This document shows positions 15,804 through 25,440 of a DNA stretch of 64,000 nucleotides, piece by piece. The notes under the pieces are model-generated. The model had not been told where the DNA came from. It was given only the letters and a program-made list of their open reading frames with translations, and did not search any database. The stretch spans positions 1 to 64,000 of the IMG/VR virus record IMGVR_UViG_3300027971_000044. One strand, written 5' to 3'. This stretch comes from a virus. The stretch's first letter is position 1. Each line of letters starts with the position of its first letter. The translations under genes and the position numbers were made by a program.

Positions 15804-18439
15804 TGGCAATTAGTTTTTCTAGTTTATCTGGCGGTACATCATTTACAGTAGTAACATCTACAGGCGGATCTAAGACAGCTACTCTTGATAAGTCATATCC
15901 AGCAGGAACATATTTAATTGAGTCTAAAGCATTAGATACAAACCTAGAAGTATATCTAGGAGCATCAGATGGCACCCCCGTAGGATCGACGGTGGCAGGA
16001 GCAAAAACAGTTACAGCTACATCATCCTTCCTATATGTAACAACAGTAAATGCAGATGCCAATGATGCAGTTATATTTACATTAAAGTCGGCGTCAACAT
16101 TATCAACTAAAACAGATGCAACATGGGCTCCTCCAACAATTACAGATATTACTCCAAGCGGGCTACCAAATATTAATAACACAACAACTATTACAGGTAC
16201 AAACTTTGCTTCAAACGTAGAGGTTAAATTTAGAAAATCAGATGATTCAACATTAGTAACTCCTAAGACAACAGTTAGAGGATCTGCAACATCTATTATT
16301 GCAGGCCGTCCTGACTCATTTGCAGTCGGAGATGCTCCATATGACGTAATTGTCACAAATCCAACCACAACATTATCTGCATCATCTCTTAATGCAATTA
16401 CTGCAGGAGCTGTGCCAGTTTGGGTTACATCAACAACATTAAATACAGCTACATTAACAACAGCATTTTCACAAACAATTTCTGCAACAGATGCTGATGG
16501 CGGATCATCAATTACATATGCAATTGTATCAGGAGCATTTCAAACAGGATTATCTTTAAATACATCAACAGGTGCAATTACTGGAACACCAACAGGATCT
16601 GCAGGAAGCACATCAGTTGTAATATCTGCAACAGACTCTGGCGGTAACGCAGTAAATAGAACATTTACACAGGTTGTTATAGAACCTAATATCACAGTTA
16701 ACTACCTTGTAGTTGCAGGTGGCGGAGGTGGCGGTAAGCTTGGCGGAGGTGGAGGAGCTGGTGGTTTTAGAACCTCAACAGCGTCACTTCCTACAAATAC
16801 TTCATACAGAATTATTGTTGGCTCTGGCGGCCTTGGAACTCTTAACGAAATGAATCGTGGTTTAAATGGTACAAGTTCATCTATTTCTGGATCAGGATTT
16901 ACAACATTTTCTGCAACTGGCGGTGGCGGTGGAGGTTCCGACAATGCTAGTCAAAGCCAAGATTATGGGCAAGATGGTGGTTCAGGTGGTGGAGATGGTA
17001 ACACCAACGGTAATACCCTTGGTTATGGTGCTGGAAACCTTGGCGGATACTCTCCAGTAGAAGGTTACCGTGGCGGTGGCTCAGGAAATAGTACAAACTA
17101 TGCTTCTGGTGGTGGCGGTGGTGGTGCTGGTGGAGTAGGTGGAGATGGTAGTTATATTGGAACAGGCGATGGTGATGGCGGAGCTGGTGGAATAGGTGCT
17201 ACATCATCAATAACTGGTACATCTACATACTACGCAGGTGGCGGTGGTGGTGGAGCCCGCAAAGATAATAGTTCTACAAATCGTACTGGCGGAGCTGCTG
17301 GTAATGGTGGTGGTGGTAGGGGTAGCGATTCAGTTACTAATAATGCAACTGCTGGAACTGCAAACACAGGTGGCGGTGGTGGTGCTGGTGGTTATGGTAA
17401 CTCTCCTTCTACTTATAAATCCGCAAAAAATGGCGGTTCTGGTATTGTAATTTTTAGTTATGCAGGTTCACAAAAAGCCACAGGTGGAATAGTTACAACA
17501 TCAGGTGGAAATACAATTCACACTTTTAATGCTAGTGGTAATTTTGAAACTTCATATTCTGTTGCAGCTAAAGCAACTGGTGGTGCAATAAATACAGACG
17601 GAAGTTATTTTTATCATGTATTTAATGATTCAGGAACATTTACTCCTACTCAATCTTTAACTGCTGACATTTTAGTTGTTGCAGGTGGCGGTGGAGCCAG
17701 TATGGGAACAGGTGCTGGTGGCGGTGGAGCAGGTGGTTTTAGAGCTATAACATCTCGTGCCGTAACATCAGGAACTGCATACACAGTTACCGTTGGTAGT
17801 GGCGGTGCTCCTGCTGCTCCTGACACTGTTCGTAGTGAAAGCGGAAATAACTCATCTTTTTCTGGAACAGGATTTGCAACAATTACCGCTACTGGCGGTG
17901 GCGCAGGTGCTGCTGAAAGTTCAACCACTCCTGCTTCTGGTGGTTCTGGAGGCGGTGGTATGTATAGCACATCTGGAGCATCAGGAAACTCTGGTGGTTA
18001 TACCCCTGTCGAAGGTTATGCAGGTGGTAGTGGCATAGGTGCAGCTTCTGGTTTTTATGGCGGAGGCGGAGGCGGTGGAGCAAGTTCTGTAGGTGGAAAT
18101 GCTGCTAGTCTAAATGGTGGTGCAGGTGGTGCTGGTGCAACTACTCCAATATCTGGTGGTGCAACTACTGGTGCTGGTCAATTAGTAAACGGAAATTATT
18201 ATTTTGCTGGCGGCGGAGGTGGTGGTACACAATTTACCGTTTCAAATACTACCGCTGGTGTTGGTGGTAATGGTGGAGGTGGAGCAGGATCAGCAGATAA
18301 CACAGGTGGTTCATCTCGTTTGGCACCTGGAATTTCTGGAACTCCAAATACAGGCGGAGGCGGTGGCGGAGCTGGTGGCGATAATTCACTAGGAGGAGCT
18401 GGCGGCTCAGGAATAGTAATTATTCGTTACGCAGTATAA
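15803..18439 (+). CDS. glycine-rich adhesin-like virion protein 2 (IPT + He_PIG + two Gly-rich domains)
   Basis: YLVVAGGGGGG and ILVVAGGGGA domains, each ending GGSGIVI. Confidence 0.8.
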   Translation: MAISFSSLSGGTSFTVVTSTGGSKTATLDKSYPAGTYLIESKALDTNLEVYLGASDGTPVGSTVAGAKTVTATSSFLYVTTVNADANDAVIFTLKSASTLSTKTDATWAPPTITDITPSGLPNINNTTTITGTNFASNVEVKFRKSDDSTLVTPKTTVRGSATSIIAGRPDSFAVGDAPYDVIVTNPTTTLSASSLNAITAGAVPVWVTSTTLNTATLTTAFSQTISATDADGGSSITYAIVSGAFQTGLSLNTSTGAITGTPTGSAGSTSVVISATDSGGNAVNRTFTQVVIEPNITVNYLVVAGGGGGGKLGGGGGAGGFRTSTASLPTNTSYRIIVGSGGLGTLNEMNRGLNGTSSSISGSGFTTFSATGGGGGGSDNASQSQDYGQDGGSGGGDGNTNGNTLGYGAGNLGGYSPVEGYRGGGSGNSTNYASGGGGGGAGGVGGDGSYIGTGDGDGGAGGIGATSSITGTSTYYAGGGGGGARKDNSSTNRTGGAAGNGGGGRGSDSVTNNATAGTANTGGGGGAGGYGNSPSTYKSAKNGGSGIVIFSYAGSQKATGGIVTTSGGNTIHTFNASGNFETSYSVAAKATGGAINTDGSYFYHVFNDSGTFTPTQSLTADILVVAGGGGASMGTGAGGGGAGGFRAITSRAVTSGTAYTVTVGSGGAPAAPDTVRSESGNNSSFSGTGFATITATGGGAGAAESSTTPASGGSGGGGMYSTSGASGNSGGYTPVEGYAGGSGIGAASGFYGGGGGGGASSVGGNAASLNGGAGGAGATTPISGGATTGAGQLVNGNYYFAGGGGGGTQFTVSNTTAGVGGNGGGGAGSADNTGGSSRLAPGISGTPNTGGGGGGAGGDNSLGGAGGSGIVIIRYAV

Positions 18440-18444
18440 AACAA

Positions 18445-18473
18445 TAGACTTATCATTTAATAAATGGTAAAAT
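18445..18473 (+). promoter_or_regulatory. internal promoter
   Basis: TAGACT-N17-TAAAAT with TGG extension. Confidence 0.55.
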
Positions 18474-18508
18474 ATAAATAAGTAAGACAACTAACAAAGG
18501 AGAAAAAA

Positions 18509-18892
18509 ATGGCACACTTCGCAGAAATCGACGAGAACAACATTGTTACTCGTGTTCTAGTAGTAAATGACGCTGATGCAGCTGATGGACAGAACTTTCT
18601 GGCCAACACTTTGAATCTAGGCGGAACATGGATACAGACTTCATATAACACTTCAGGTGGCGTACACGCAAACGGCGGTACCCCTGTAAGAAAAAATTAT
18701 GCAGGAATTGGATATTCATACGACTCAGTTCGTGATGCATTTATCCCACCAAAGCCTTTTGCTTCATGGTTACTAAATGACGCAACATGTCTTTGGGAAG
18801 CTCCAACAGCAATGCCTGTTGAAGAGGGTAAAATGTTCAGATGGGTTGAAGAAGATTTAAACTGGCAAGAAATAGTAATACCACAGGAGTAA
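18509..18892 (+). CDS. small phage protein, possible fibre chaperone
   Basis: MAHFAEID..., WIQTSYNT, RKNYAGIGYSYD..RDAFIPPKPF.SW; strong SD AAGGAG. Confidence 0.8.
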   Translation: MAHFAEIDENNIVTRVLVVNDADAADGQNFLANTLNLGGTWIQTSYNTSGGVHANGGTPVRKNYAGIGYSYDSVRDAFIPPKPFASWLLNDATCLWEAPTAMPVEEGKMFRWVEEDLNWQEIVIPQE

Positions 18893-18898
18893 TTTAAA

Positions 18899-20575
18899 TT
18901 GACTAGAGCAAGGGATGTAGCAAACGTTCTATCTACCGCCACATCTCTGGCGACAGATACTGAAACGGCTGCCGCCATCTCTAGTCATAATTCTTCTACA
19001 ACAACAGTTCACGGTATTTCAGATACAGCAGCATTAGCAACACAGACTTATGTTCAAAACAATAAGGGAATAAATAAAGGCAATACTGCCTCACGTCCTG
19101 CATCTCCTGCAAATGGAGATTTATATTATAATACAGAAACATCCACTCTTGAAGTATATGATGGAGGATGGTGGATTCCAAATACCGCTCCAGGAATTCC
19201 TACATCACCAGTTGCAACAAACTCAGGATCAGCACGGGCATTTAATAATGGTAGAGCCTCAGTAGCTTTTACTCCTGCAACAAGCGGCGGAAAAGCAACA
19301 TCATTTACAGTTACTTCAACACCAGGCTCATATACAAATACAGGTTCATCTAGTCCTATTGTAGTTACTGGTTTACAATCAAGTACAGCATATACTTATG
19401 CGGTTACAGCAACTGGACCACTTGGAACATCTTCTGCATCATCTGCGAGTAGCGCAGTTACTGCAACAACTGTGCCACAGGCACCTAGTATAAGCGCTGT
19501 AGGAGCATCTCAGTCAGCTACAATTACAATTACAGCAGGGGCAACTGGTGGTTCAGCAATTACAGGATATTCAATAGTTTCAAGTCCAGTAACTACTACT
19601 CAAACAACATCTAACACAACATATACTTTTACAGGACTTACCGATGGTACAGCGTATACGTTTACTGCAACAGCAACAAATACAAATGGAACATCAGTAT
19701 CAAGTGCTGCAAGTAGTTCTGTTACCCCAGTATCAACTGCAGTTTCTGGAGGAACATTATCATCTGACGCAACTTATTATTACAGAACATTTACTGGAAC
19801 TGGAAATTTAATTATTTCTGGATCAGCATTAACATGTGATTATTTAATTGTAGCAGGCGGCGGCGGTAGTATGGGACAAGGCGCAGGCGGCGGCGGCGCA
19901 GGCGGACTTAGAACATTTACATCACAAAATTTAAATGCAGGTACTTACACAGCAACTATCGGCGGCGGTGGTGGACCAGGAGTTGGATCTTCAACTACAA
20001 CTTCTGCTTATAATGGTCAGAACTCATCTTTTAATGGCGCATCAGCAACTGGCGGTGGAGTAGGAGCGGGTCGCAACACTGATGGTACCGCAAACGCTTA
20101 TGCTGGTGGCTCTGGTGGCGGTGGAGGAAATGGCCGTTCAAACTCTGGTGGAGCAGGTAACGCAGGATCTTACACTCCAGTAGAAGGTTATAAGGGTGGA
20201 GATGCATCAGGAGATAATCCTCCCTATGGTGGTGGAGGCGGCGGCGGAGCAGGAGGTGCTGGAAGCAATAATGATGCTTCTGGAGGAAATAGAAATGGTG
20301 GGATTGGTGCAACATCAGCATTACTTAATGCAATGGGTGCTGCTACATCTACAGGACAACTAAGTGGTGGAAATTATTATTTTGCAGGTGGCGGTGGAGG
20401 ACTTGCTGACTCTGCTTCATCTTCAGGAGGCCTTGGTGGCGGAGGAATCTATAGCACATCAACTGGTGGAACAAATGGAACAACAAATACTGGCGGAGGT
20501 GCTGGTGGCGGAAACAAAGCTGGTGGCTCAGGTATAGTTATTGTTAGATATCTTAGATCGGCAGTAGGTGGATAA
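18899..20575 (+). CDS. glycine-rich adhesin-like virion protein 3 (2 FN3 + Gly-rich)
   Basis: TTG start; FN3-like ...TGL..TAYTY.VTAT repeats; YLIVAGGGGS. Confidence 0.8.
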   Translation: MTRARDVANVLSTATSLATDTETAAAISSHNSSTTTVHGISDTAALATQTYVQNNKGINKGNTASRPASPANGDLYYNTETSTLEVYDGGWWIPNTAPGIPTSPVATNSGSARAFNNGRASVAFTPATSGGKATSFTVTSTPGSYTNTGSSSPIVVTGLQSSTAYTYAVTATGPLGTSSASSASSAVTATTVPQAPSISAVGASQSATITITAGATGGSAITGYSIVSSPVTTTQTTSNTTYTFTGLTDGTAYTFTATATNTNGTSVSSAASSSVTPVSTAVSGGTLSSDATYYYRTFTGTGNLIISGSALTCDYLIVAGGGGSMGQGAGGGGAGGLRTFTSQNLNAGTYTATIGGGGGPGVGSSTTTSAYNGQNSSFNGASATGGGVGAGRNTDGTANAYAGGSGGGGGNGRSNSGGAGNAGSYTPVEGYKGGDASGDNPPYGGGGGGGAGGAGSNNDASGGNRNGGIGATSALLNAMGAATSTGQLSGGNYYFAGGGGGLADSASSSGGLGGGGIYSTSTGGTNGTTNTGGGAGGGNKAGGSGIVIVRYLRSAVGG

Positions 20576-21048
20576 TGGCCAATAAAGACTTTAAAGTAAA
20601 AAATGGGTTAGATATCCAGACACCCCTTGCTGTTTCTATGGGCGGAACTGGACAAACCTCTACAACTAATACATTAAACTCTTTGCTCCCGTCCCAATCT
20701 GGAAATAGCAATAAAGTATTATCAACAGACGGAACTAATACAACTTGGGTAGCACAATCAGTTGGATTTCCTTCATCTTCTGTAAACTCAAATGTAACTC
20801 TTGTTTCTAATAACAAGTATTTTGTTGATACATCAACTTCCAGAACTATAACCTTGCCTTCATCACCATCTGTGGGAGATGAGATATATGTATTTGATGC
20901 ATCAGGATCTGCGGGAGCGTATAATATAACTGTGAACAGAAACTCAAATTATATAAATGGGTCTTCGTCAAATTTAATTATAGATGTTAATGGTGGTGCT
21001 GCTAGTTTTACATATACTGGCGGTAGCTACGGTTGGAAGGCAGGATAA
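20575..21048 (+). CDS. adaptor-like protein (NKDFKVKN + gp9/10-like module)
   Basis: MANKDFKVKNG; C-terminal YTGGSYGWKAG. Confidence 0.7.
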   Translation: MANKDFKVKNGLDIQTPLAVSMGGTGQTSTTNTLNSLLPSQSGNSNKVLSTDGTNTTWVAQSVGFPSSSVNSNVTLVSNNKYFVDTSTSRTITLPSSPSVGDEIYVFDASGSAGAYNITVNRNSNYINGSSSNLIIDVNGGAASFTYTGGSYGWKAG

Positions 21049-22823
21049 TGTCAGACATTAGACTATCAGGATTTTCACTTCCTTATACAACTGGAACTAC
21101 AGGCAATAGGCCTGCTAATCCAGCAGAAGGAACACAATATTTTAATACAACAATTGGCGGACTTCAAGTTTATGTAAATGGGCAGTGGTCAACACATCAA
21201 AAACCAACTGATATTATTGCTCCATCTGGGGCTACTGCTACAAATCAAGGATCTGGGCGGGCATTTAATAATGGTCAAGCATCTATAGCATTTACAACTT
21301 CAGAATTAGGAGGTCCAGCATCTAGTTATGTAGTTACATCTACTCCTGGATCTTATACTCAAACAGGAACATCTTCTCCGATAGTAGTAACAGGACTTCA
21401 ATCTAATACATCATATACGTACACCGTTGCTGCTTCAAATTCATACTCATCTGCTACATCTGCAGCTTCAGCAGCAGTTACCGCAACTACTGTGCCACAG
21501 GCACCAACAATAAATTCAGTAACAAATGGAAATTTACAAGCATCGATTGCATTTTCTGCAAACGCTACAGGCGGATCATCTATTACAGGATTTACAGTAA
21601 CATCAAGTCCAGGTGGACTTACAGCAACTGGTGCATCGTCACCATTAGTTGTAACAGGTTTAACAAATGGTACAGCATACACATTTACTGCAGTTGCAAC
21701 AAATACAAATGGAACATCAACGGCAAGTTCAGCATCTTCATCGATAACTGCAGCAACAGTTCCAGGTGCTCCAACTATTGGAACCGCAACTCAAACAGGA
21801 GCAACAACTGCAACATTAACATTTACAGCTCCTGCAAGTAATGGTGGATCAATTATTACAAGTTATACTGCTACATCATCTCCAGGAAGTATTACCTCTA
21901 CATTAAATCAGGCGGGATCTGGAACATTTAATATTACTGGATTAACTGCTACTACTTCTTATACATTTACAGTAACAGCGACAAATGCTGCTGGAACTTC
22001 TTCTGCTAGTTCTTCTAGTAATTCAATTACAACACCTTCTGCTGGAACAGAAATAGAATATTTGGTTCTAGCTGGAGGCGGAGGCGGCGGAGTTGATTAT
22101 GCAGGCGGCGGAGGTGCTGGAGGATACAGAACAAATTATGGTGGAACAAAAATATTAATAAATAATTCAAGTCAATATACAATTACAGTTGGCGGAGGCG
22201 GTCAGGGAGGAAGTAGAAATAACGGTGACAACGGGGGTATTGGAACAGTCTCAGGAATTTATCTTTCTGGTTCTCCAGTAATTGAATCTGCTGGTGGCGG
22301 ATACGGATCCAGCTATTTTGGAAATGGCGGTAGCGGTGGTTCAGGCGGCGGAGGCGGAGGAGGATACGGTACACAAATTTATACTACTGGAGGTTCAGGT
22401 AATACTCCAGCAACAACTCCTTCTCAAGGTAATAATGGAGGGGGAGGATATGGACCAAGCGGATATGGTGGGAATAGATACGGCGGAGGTGGCGGAAGCC
22501 CAACAGGAGCAGGAACTAGCGCAACTTCAAATTCTCCTGGAGTAGGAGCATCTGGTATATCTAATTCAATAAGTGGATCAGCGGTTACTTATGGTCGTGG
22601 TGGAGACGGATGTACTAGTCAGCAAGCACAACCAACTAGAGGAACCACATCAAATCGTGGTGAAGGAGGCTCTGGCGGTGGAGAAAACATTACAGGAACT
22701 GCTGGAAGTAATGGCATTGTAGTAATTAAAGCTAGCGTTCAGGCATCTTCTACAACTGGATCTCCATCTAATCCAAGTACTGGAGTATACGTATTTAATA
22801 ATAGTGGTACTATTACATTCTAA
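21048..22823 (+). CDS. glycine-rich adhesin-like virion protein 4 (3 FN3 + Gly-rich)
   Basis: Likely start MSDIRL at the TAATG overlap; EYLVLAGGGGGG. Confidence 0.8.
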   Translation: MSDIRLSGFSLPYTTGTTGNRPANPAEGTQYFNTTIGGLQVYVNGQWSTHQKPTDIIAPSGATATNQGSGRAFNNGQASIAFTTSELGGPASSYVVTSTPGSYTQTGTSSPIVVTGLQSNTSYTYTVAASNSYSSATSAASAAVTATTVPQAPTINSVTNGNLQASIAFSANATGGSSITGFTVTSSPGGLTATGASSPLVVTGLTNGTAYTFTAVATNTNGTSTASSASSSITAATVPGAPTIGTATQTGATTATLTFTAPASNGGSIITSYTATSSPGSITSTLNQAGSGTFNITGLTATTSYTFTVTATNAAGTSSASSSSNSITTPSAGTEIEYLVLAGGGGGGVDYAGGGGAGGYRTNYGGTKILINNSSQYTITVGGGGQGGSRNNGDNGGIGTVSGIYLSGSPVIESAGGGYGSSYFGNGGSGGSGGGGGGGYGTQIYTTGGSGNTPATTPSQGNNGGGGYGPSGYGGNRYGGGGGSPTGAGTSATSNSPGVGASGISNSISGSAVTYGRGGDGCTSQQAQPTRGTTSNRGEGGSGGGENITGTAGSNGIVVIKASVQASSTTGSPSNPSTGVYVFNNSGTITF

Positions 22824-22876
22824 ATAATTCAATGCTATAATTAAGTAATAAACAACTAGGGGAAATGTGAACTTAG

Positions 22877-23860
22877 ATGGCAAATAAAGACTTTAAGGTC
22901 AAGAATAAACTTGTTATATCAGGTTTAACTAACGCTAATGGCGTTTTGCTATCTGAAAATAATTCTGTTGATTCCCACACAAATTTAGCTACACAATATG
23001 GCGGAACTGGAACAACAACCTCTCCTACTTCTGGCCAAATATTATATTCAACTTCGGGCTCTACATATGCCCCAACTACTTTAGCATCATTAATTCAAGG
23101 ATCTAGTTATCAAGCAGATGCTCCTTCTTCCCCCGACATTGGCGATATATGGATTGAATCAGATTCTACTTCAGACTCATTTGACCCCAACATTATTCGC
23201 CGTCATACATTTACAGCAACGGCGGGACAAACAAATTTCGTAGCATCAGTAGCATTTATAGATGGATATGAGCAGGTATACTTCAATGGTCTTCTACTAT
23301 TAAAGACAACAGATTATACAACATCTTCTAGCACTACCGTTATTCTTAGTTCCGCCGCAGCAGCAGGCGACATTATAGAGATAGTTACAATAACAAATTT
23401 AAACTCAACTAATACATATACTCAGTCTGAGATTAATACTATTGTTACAACTCAGGTAAATAATTTAATTGATAGCGCTCCATCTGCCCTAAATACACTT
23501 AATGAATTAGCGGAGGCATTGGGCGATGATGCAAGTTTTGCTACAACAGTTACTACATCTTTAGGAACTAAAAAGACAGAAGTATCTGCATCAATATCAG
23601 CCAATACAAATTTAGTGGCAGGACGTAGATATTTTGTAACATCTGCTTCTGCTCTTACTCTAACATTACCCTCATCACCTTCAGTAAATGATCAAATAGA
23701 TGTATTTGATGCTTCTGGAAACGCTTCGACGTATAATATAACTGTGGCCCGTAACGCCAAGTTAATTAATGGTAATGCGGGAAATCTAATTATTGACGTA
23801 AACGGCGGATGGTTTACTCTTGTCTTTACAGGTAATACATATGGATGGAAGGTAGCATAA
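22877..23860 (+). CDS. adaptor-like protein (NKDFKVKN + ALNTLNELAEALGDD motif + gp9/10-like module)
   Basis: Shares domains with 12534 and 20575; ends FTGNTYGWKVA. Confidence 0.7.
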   Translation: MANKDFKVKNKLVISGLTNANGVLLSENNSVDSHTNLATQYGGTGTTTSPTSGQILYSTSGSTYAPTTLASLIQGSSYQADAPSSPDIGDIWIESDSTSDSFDPNIIRRHTFTATAGQTNFVASVAFIDGYEQVYFNGLLLLKTTDYTTSSSTTVILSSAAAAGDIIEIVTITNLNSTNTYTQSEINTIVTTQVNNLIDSAPSALNTLNELAEALGDDASFATTVTTSLGTKKTEVSASISANTNLVAGRRYFVTSASALTLTLPSSPSVNDQIDVFDASGNASTYNITVARNAKLINGNAGNLIIDVNGGWFTLVFTGNTYGWKVA

Positions 23861-25440
23861 TGGCCGATTTAAGAGCATCAGGATTAGGTGGGGTTCCAAA
23901 AGGAACAACCGCAAGTAGACCATCATCTCCATCAGTTGGTGACGTATTTTATAATGGCGATTTAGGTTACTTAGAAATGTATACCGCACAAGGATGGTTT
24001 GCATCTTCACCAGTTCTTCCAGGACAGCCTACTTCAGTAGTTGCTACAAACTCAGGAACATCTAGAGAATTTAATAATGGTAGAGCATCTGTAGCATTTA
24101 ACGTTGGAACTAATGGCGGGCTTCCAACATCATTTACAGTTACCTCTTCTCCAGGATCATATACAGCATCTGGATCAACTTCTCCAATATTAGTTACAGG
24201 ACTTCAATCATCAACACAATATACATATACCGCTACAGCAACTAATAATTTTGGAACATCATCTGCATCATCTGCGAGTAGCGCAGTAACTGCAACTACT
24301 GTTCCACAGGCACCAAGCGTAAGCGCTGCATCTAGCAACGCACAAGCAACAATTACAATCACACCTGGAGCAACAGGTGGTTCTGCAATTACAGGATACT
24401 CAATTGTTTCAAGCCCAGCAACTACTACTCAGACAACTTCAAATACAACTTATACATTTACAGGATTAACAAATGGAACATCTTACACATTTACTGCAAC
24501 AGCTACAAATGCTAATGGAACATCGGCATCAAGCGCTGCAAGTAGCTCTATAACACCACTTAACGTTATGAGTTATTTAGTTGTAGCAGGAGGTGGCGGA
24601 GGTGGAAGCCACATCGGCGGAGGCGGTGGTGGAGGAGGAGTAAGAAGTGGAACAATTCCAACAGTCCCTGGAACTTACAATATAGTTGTGGGGTCAGGAG
24701 GAGTAGGCTCATTAGATACTAATGGTACAAATGGTACTAGTGGATTAAACTCGTCGTTTGGCTCAATTACCGCAACTGGTGGAGGTAAAGGAGGTTCAGG
24801 ACTTGCAAATGGCACTAGCGGAGGTTCTGGCGGAGGATCAGGACATGGTCCAACTAATGGAGTAGGTGGATCTGGTAATGTCGGCTCATATTCACCAGTA
24901 GAAGGATATGCTGGAGGAACTGGAACACAGAATGGAATGCATGCAGGTGGCGGTGGCGGTGGCGCAGGCGGAGTAGGTGCAAATGGTAACTCATCTGGGT
25001 TTGGAGGCAACGGAGGAGTTGGAATAGAAAATTTAATTCTTGGCACTTCTTATTATTGGGCAGGAGGCGGGGGTGGAACAACTGGAGTAGGACAAACTGG
25101 ATTAACTGCAGGTAGCGGCGGACTAGGAGGCGGAGGAGGAGCTTCTATTGAAGGTTCTCCAAACACTGCAGGAATAGGTGGAGGCAGCGCATTAAATAAT
25201 GGTGGCAATGGAAGTTCTGGAGGCTCTCCAGCAGCAAAAGCTGGAAATGGAGGACAGTACACTGGCGGTGGCGGTGGCGGTGGTTCTCACGCAAGCGGAG
25301 ATGGTGGTGAAGGTGGTTCTGGAATAGTTATTATTTCTTTACCAAATGCAGCAATTTCAACTACAGGGTCTCCGATATTAACAAATCCAGACGGAAGATA
25401 TGTTTATAGATTTAACAATACAGGAAGCATAACTTACTAA
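23860..25440 (+). CDS. glycine-rich adhesin-like virion protein 5 (2 FN3 + Gly-rich)
   Basis: Start MADLRA at the TAATG overlap; SYLVVAGGGGGG. Confidence 0.8.
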   Translation: MADLRASGLGGVPKGTTASRPSSPSVGDVFYNGDLGYLEMYTAQGWFASSPVLPGQPTSVVATNSGTSREFNNGRASVAFNVGTNGGLPTSFTVTSSPGSYTASGSTSPILVTGLQSSTQYTYTATATNNFGTSSASSASSAVTATTVPQAPSVSAASSNAQATITITPGATGGSAITGYSIVSSPATTTQTTSNTTYTFTGLTNGTSYTFTATATNANGTSASSAASSSITPLNVMSYLVVAGGGGGGSHIGGGGGGGGVRSGTIPTVPGTYNIVVGSGGVGSLDTNGTNGTSGLNSSFGSITATGGGKGGSGLANGTSGGSGGGSGHGPTNGVGGSGNVGSYSPVEGYAGGTGTQNGMHAGGGGGGAGGVGANGNSSGFGGNGGVGIENLILGTSYYWAGGGGGTTGVGQTGLTAGSGGLGGGGGASIEGSPNTAGIGGGSALNNGGNGSSGGSPAAKAGNGGQYTGGGGGGGSHASGDGGEGGSGIVIISLPNAAISTTGSPILTNPDGRYVYRFNNTGSITY

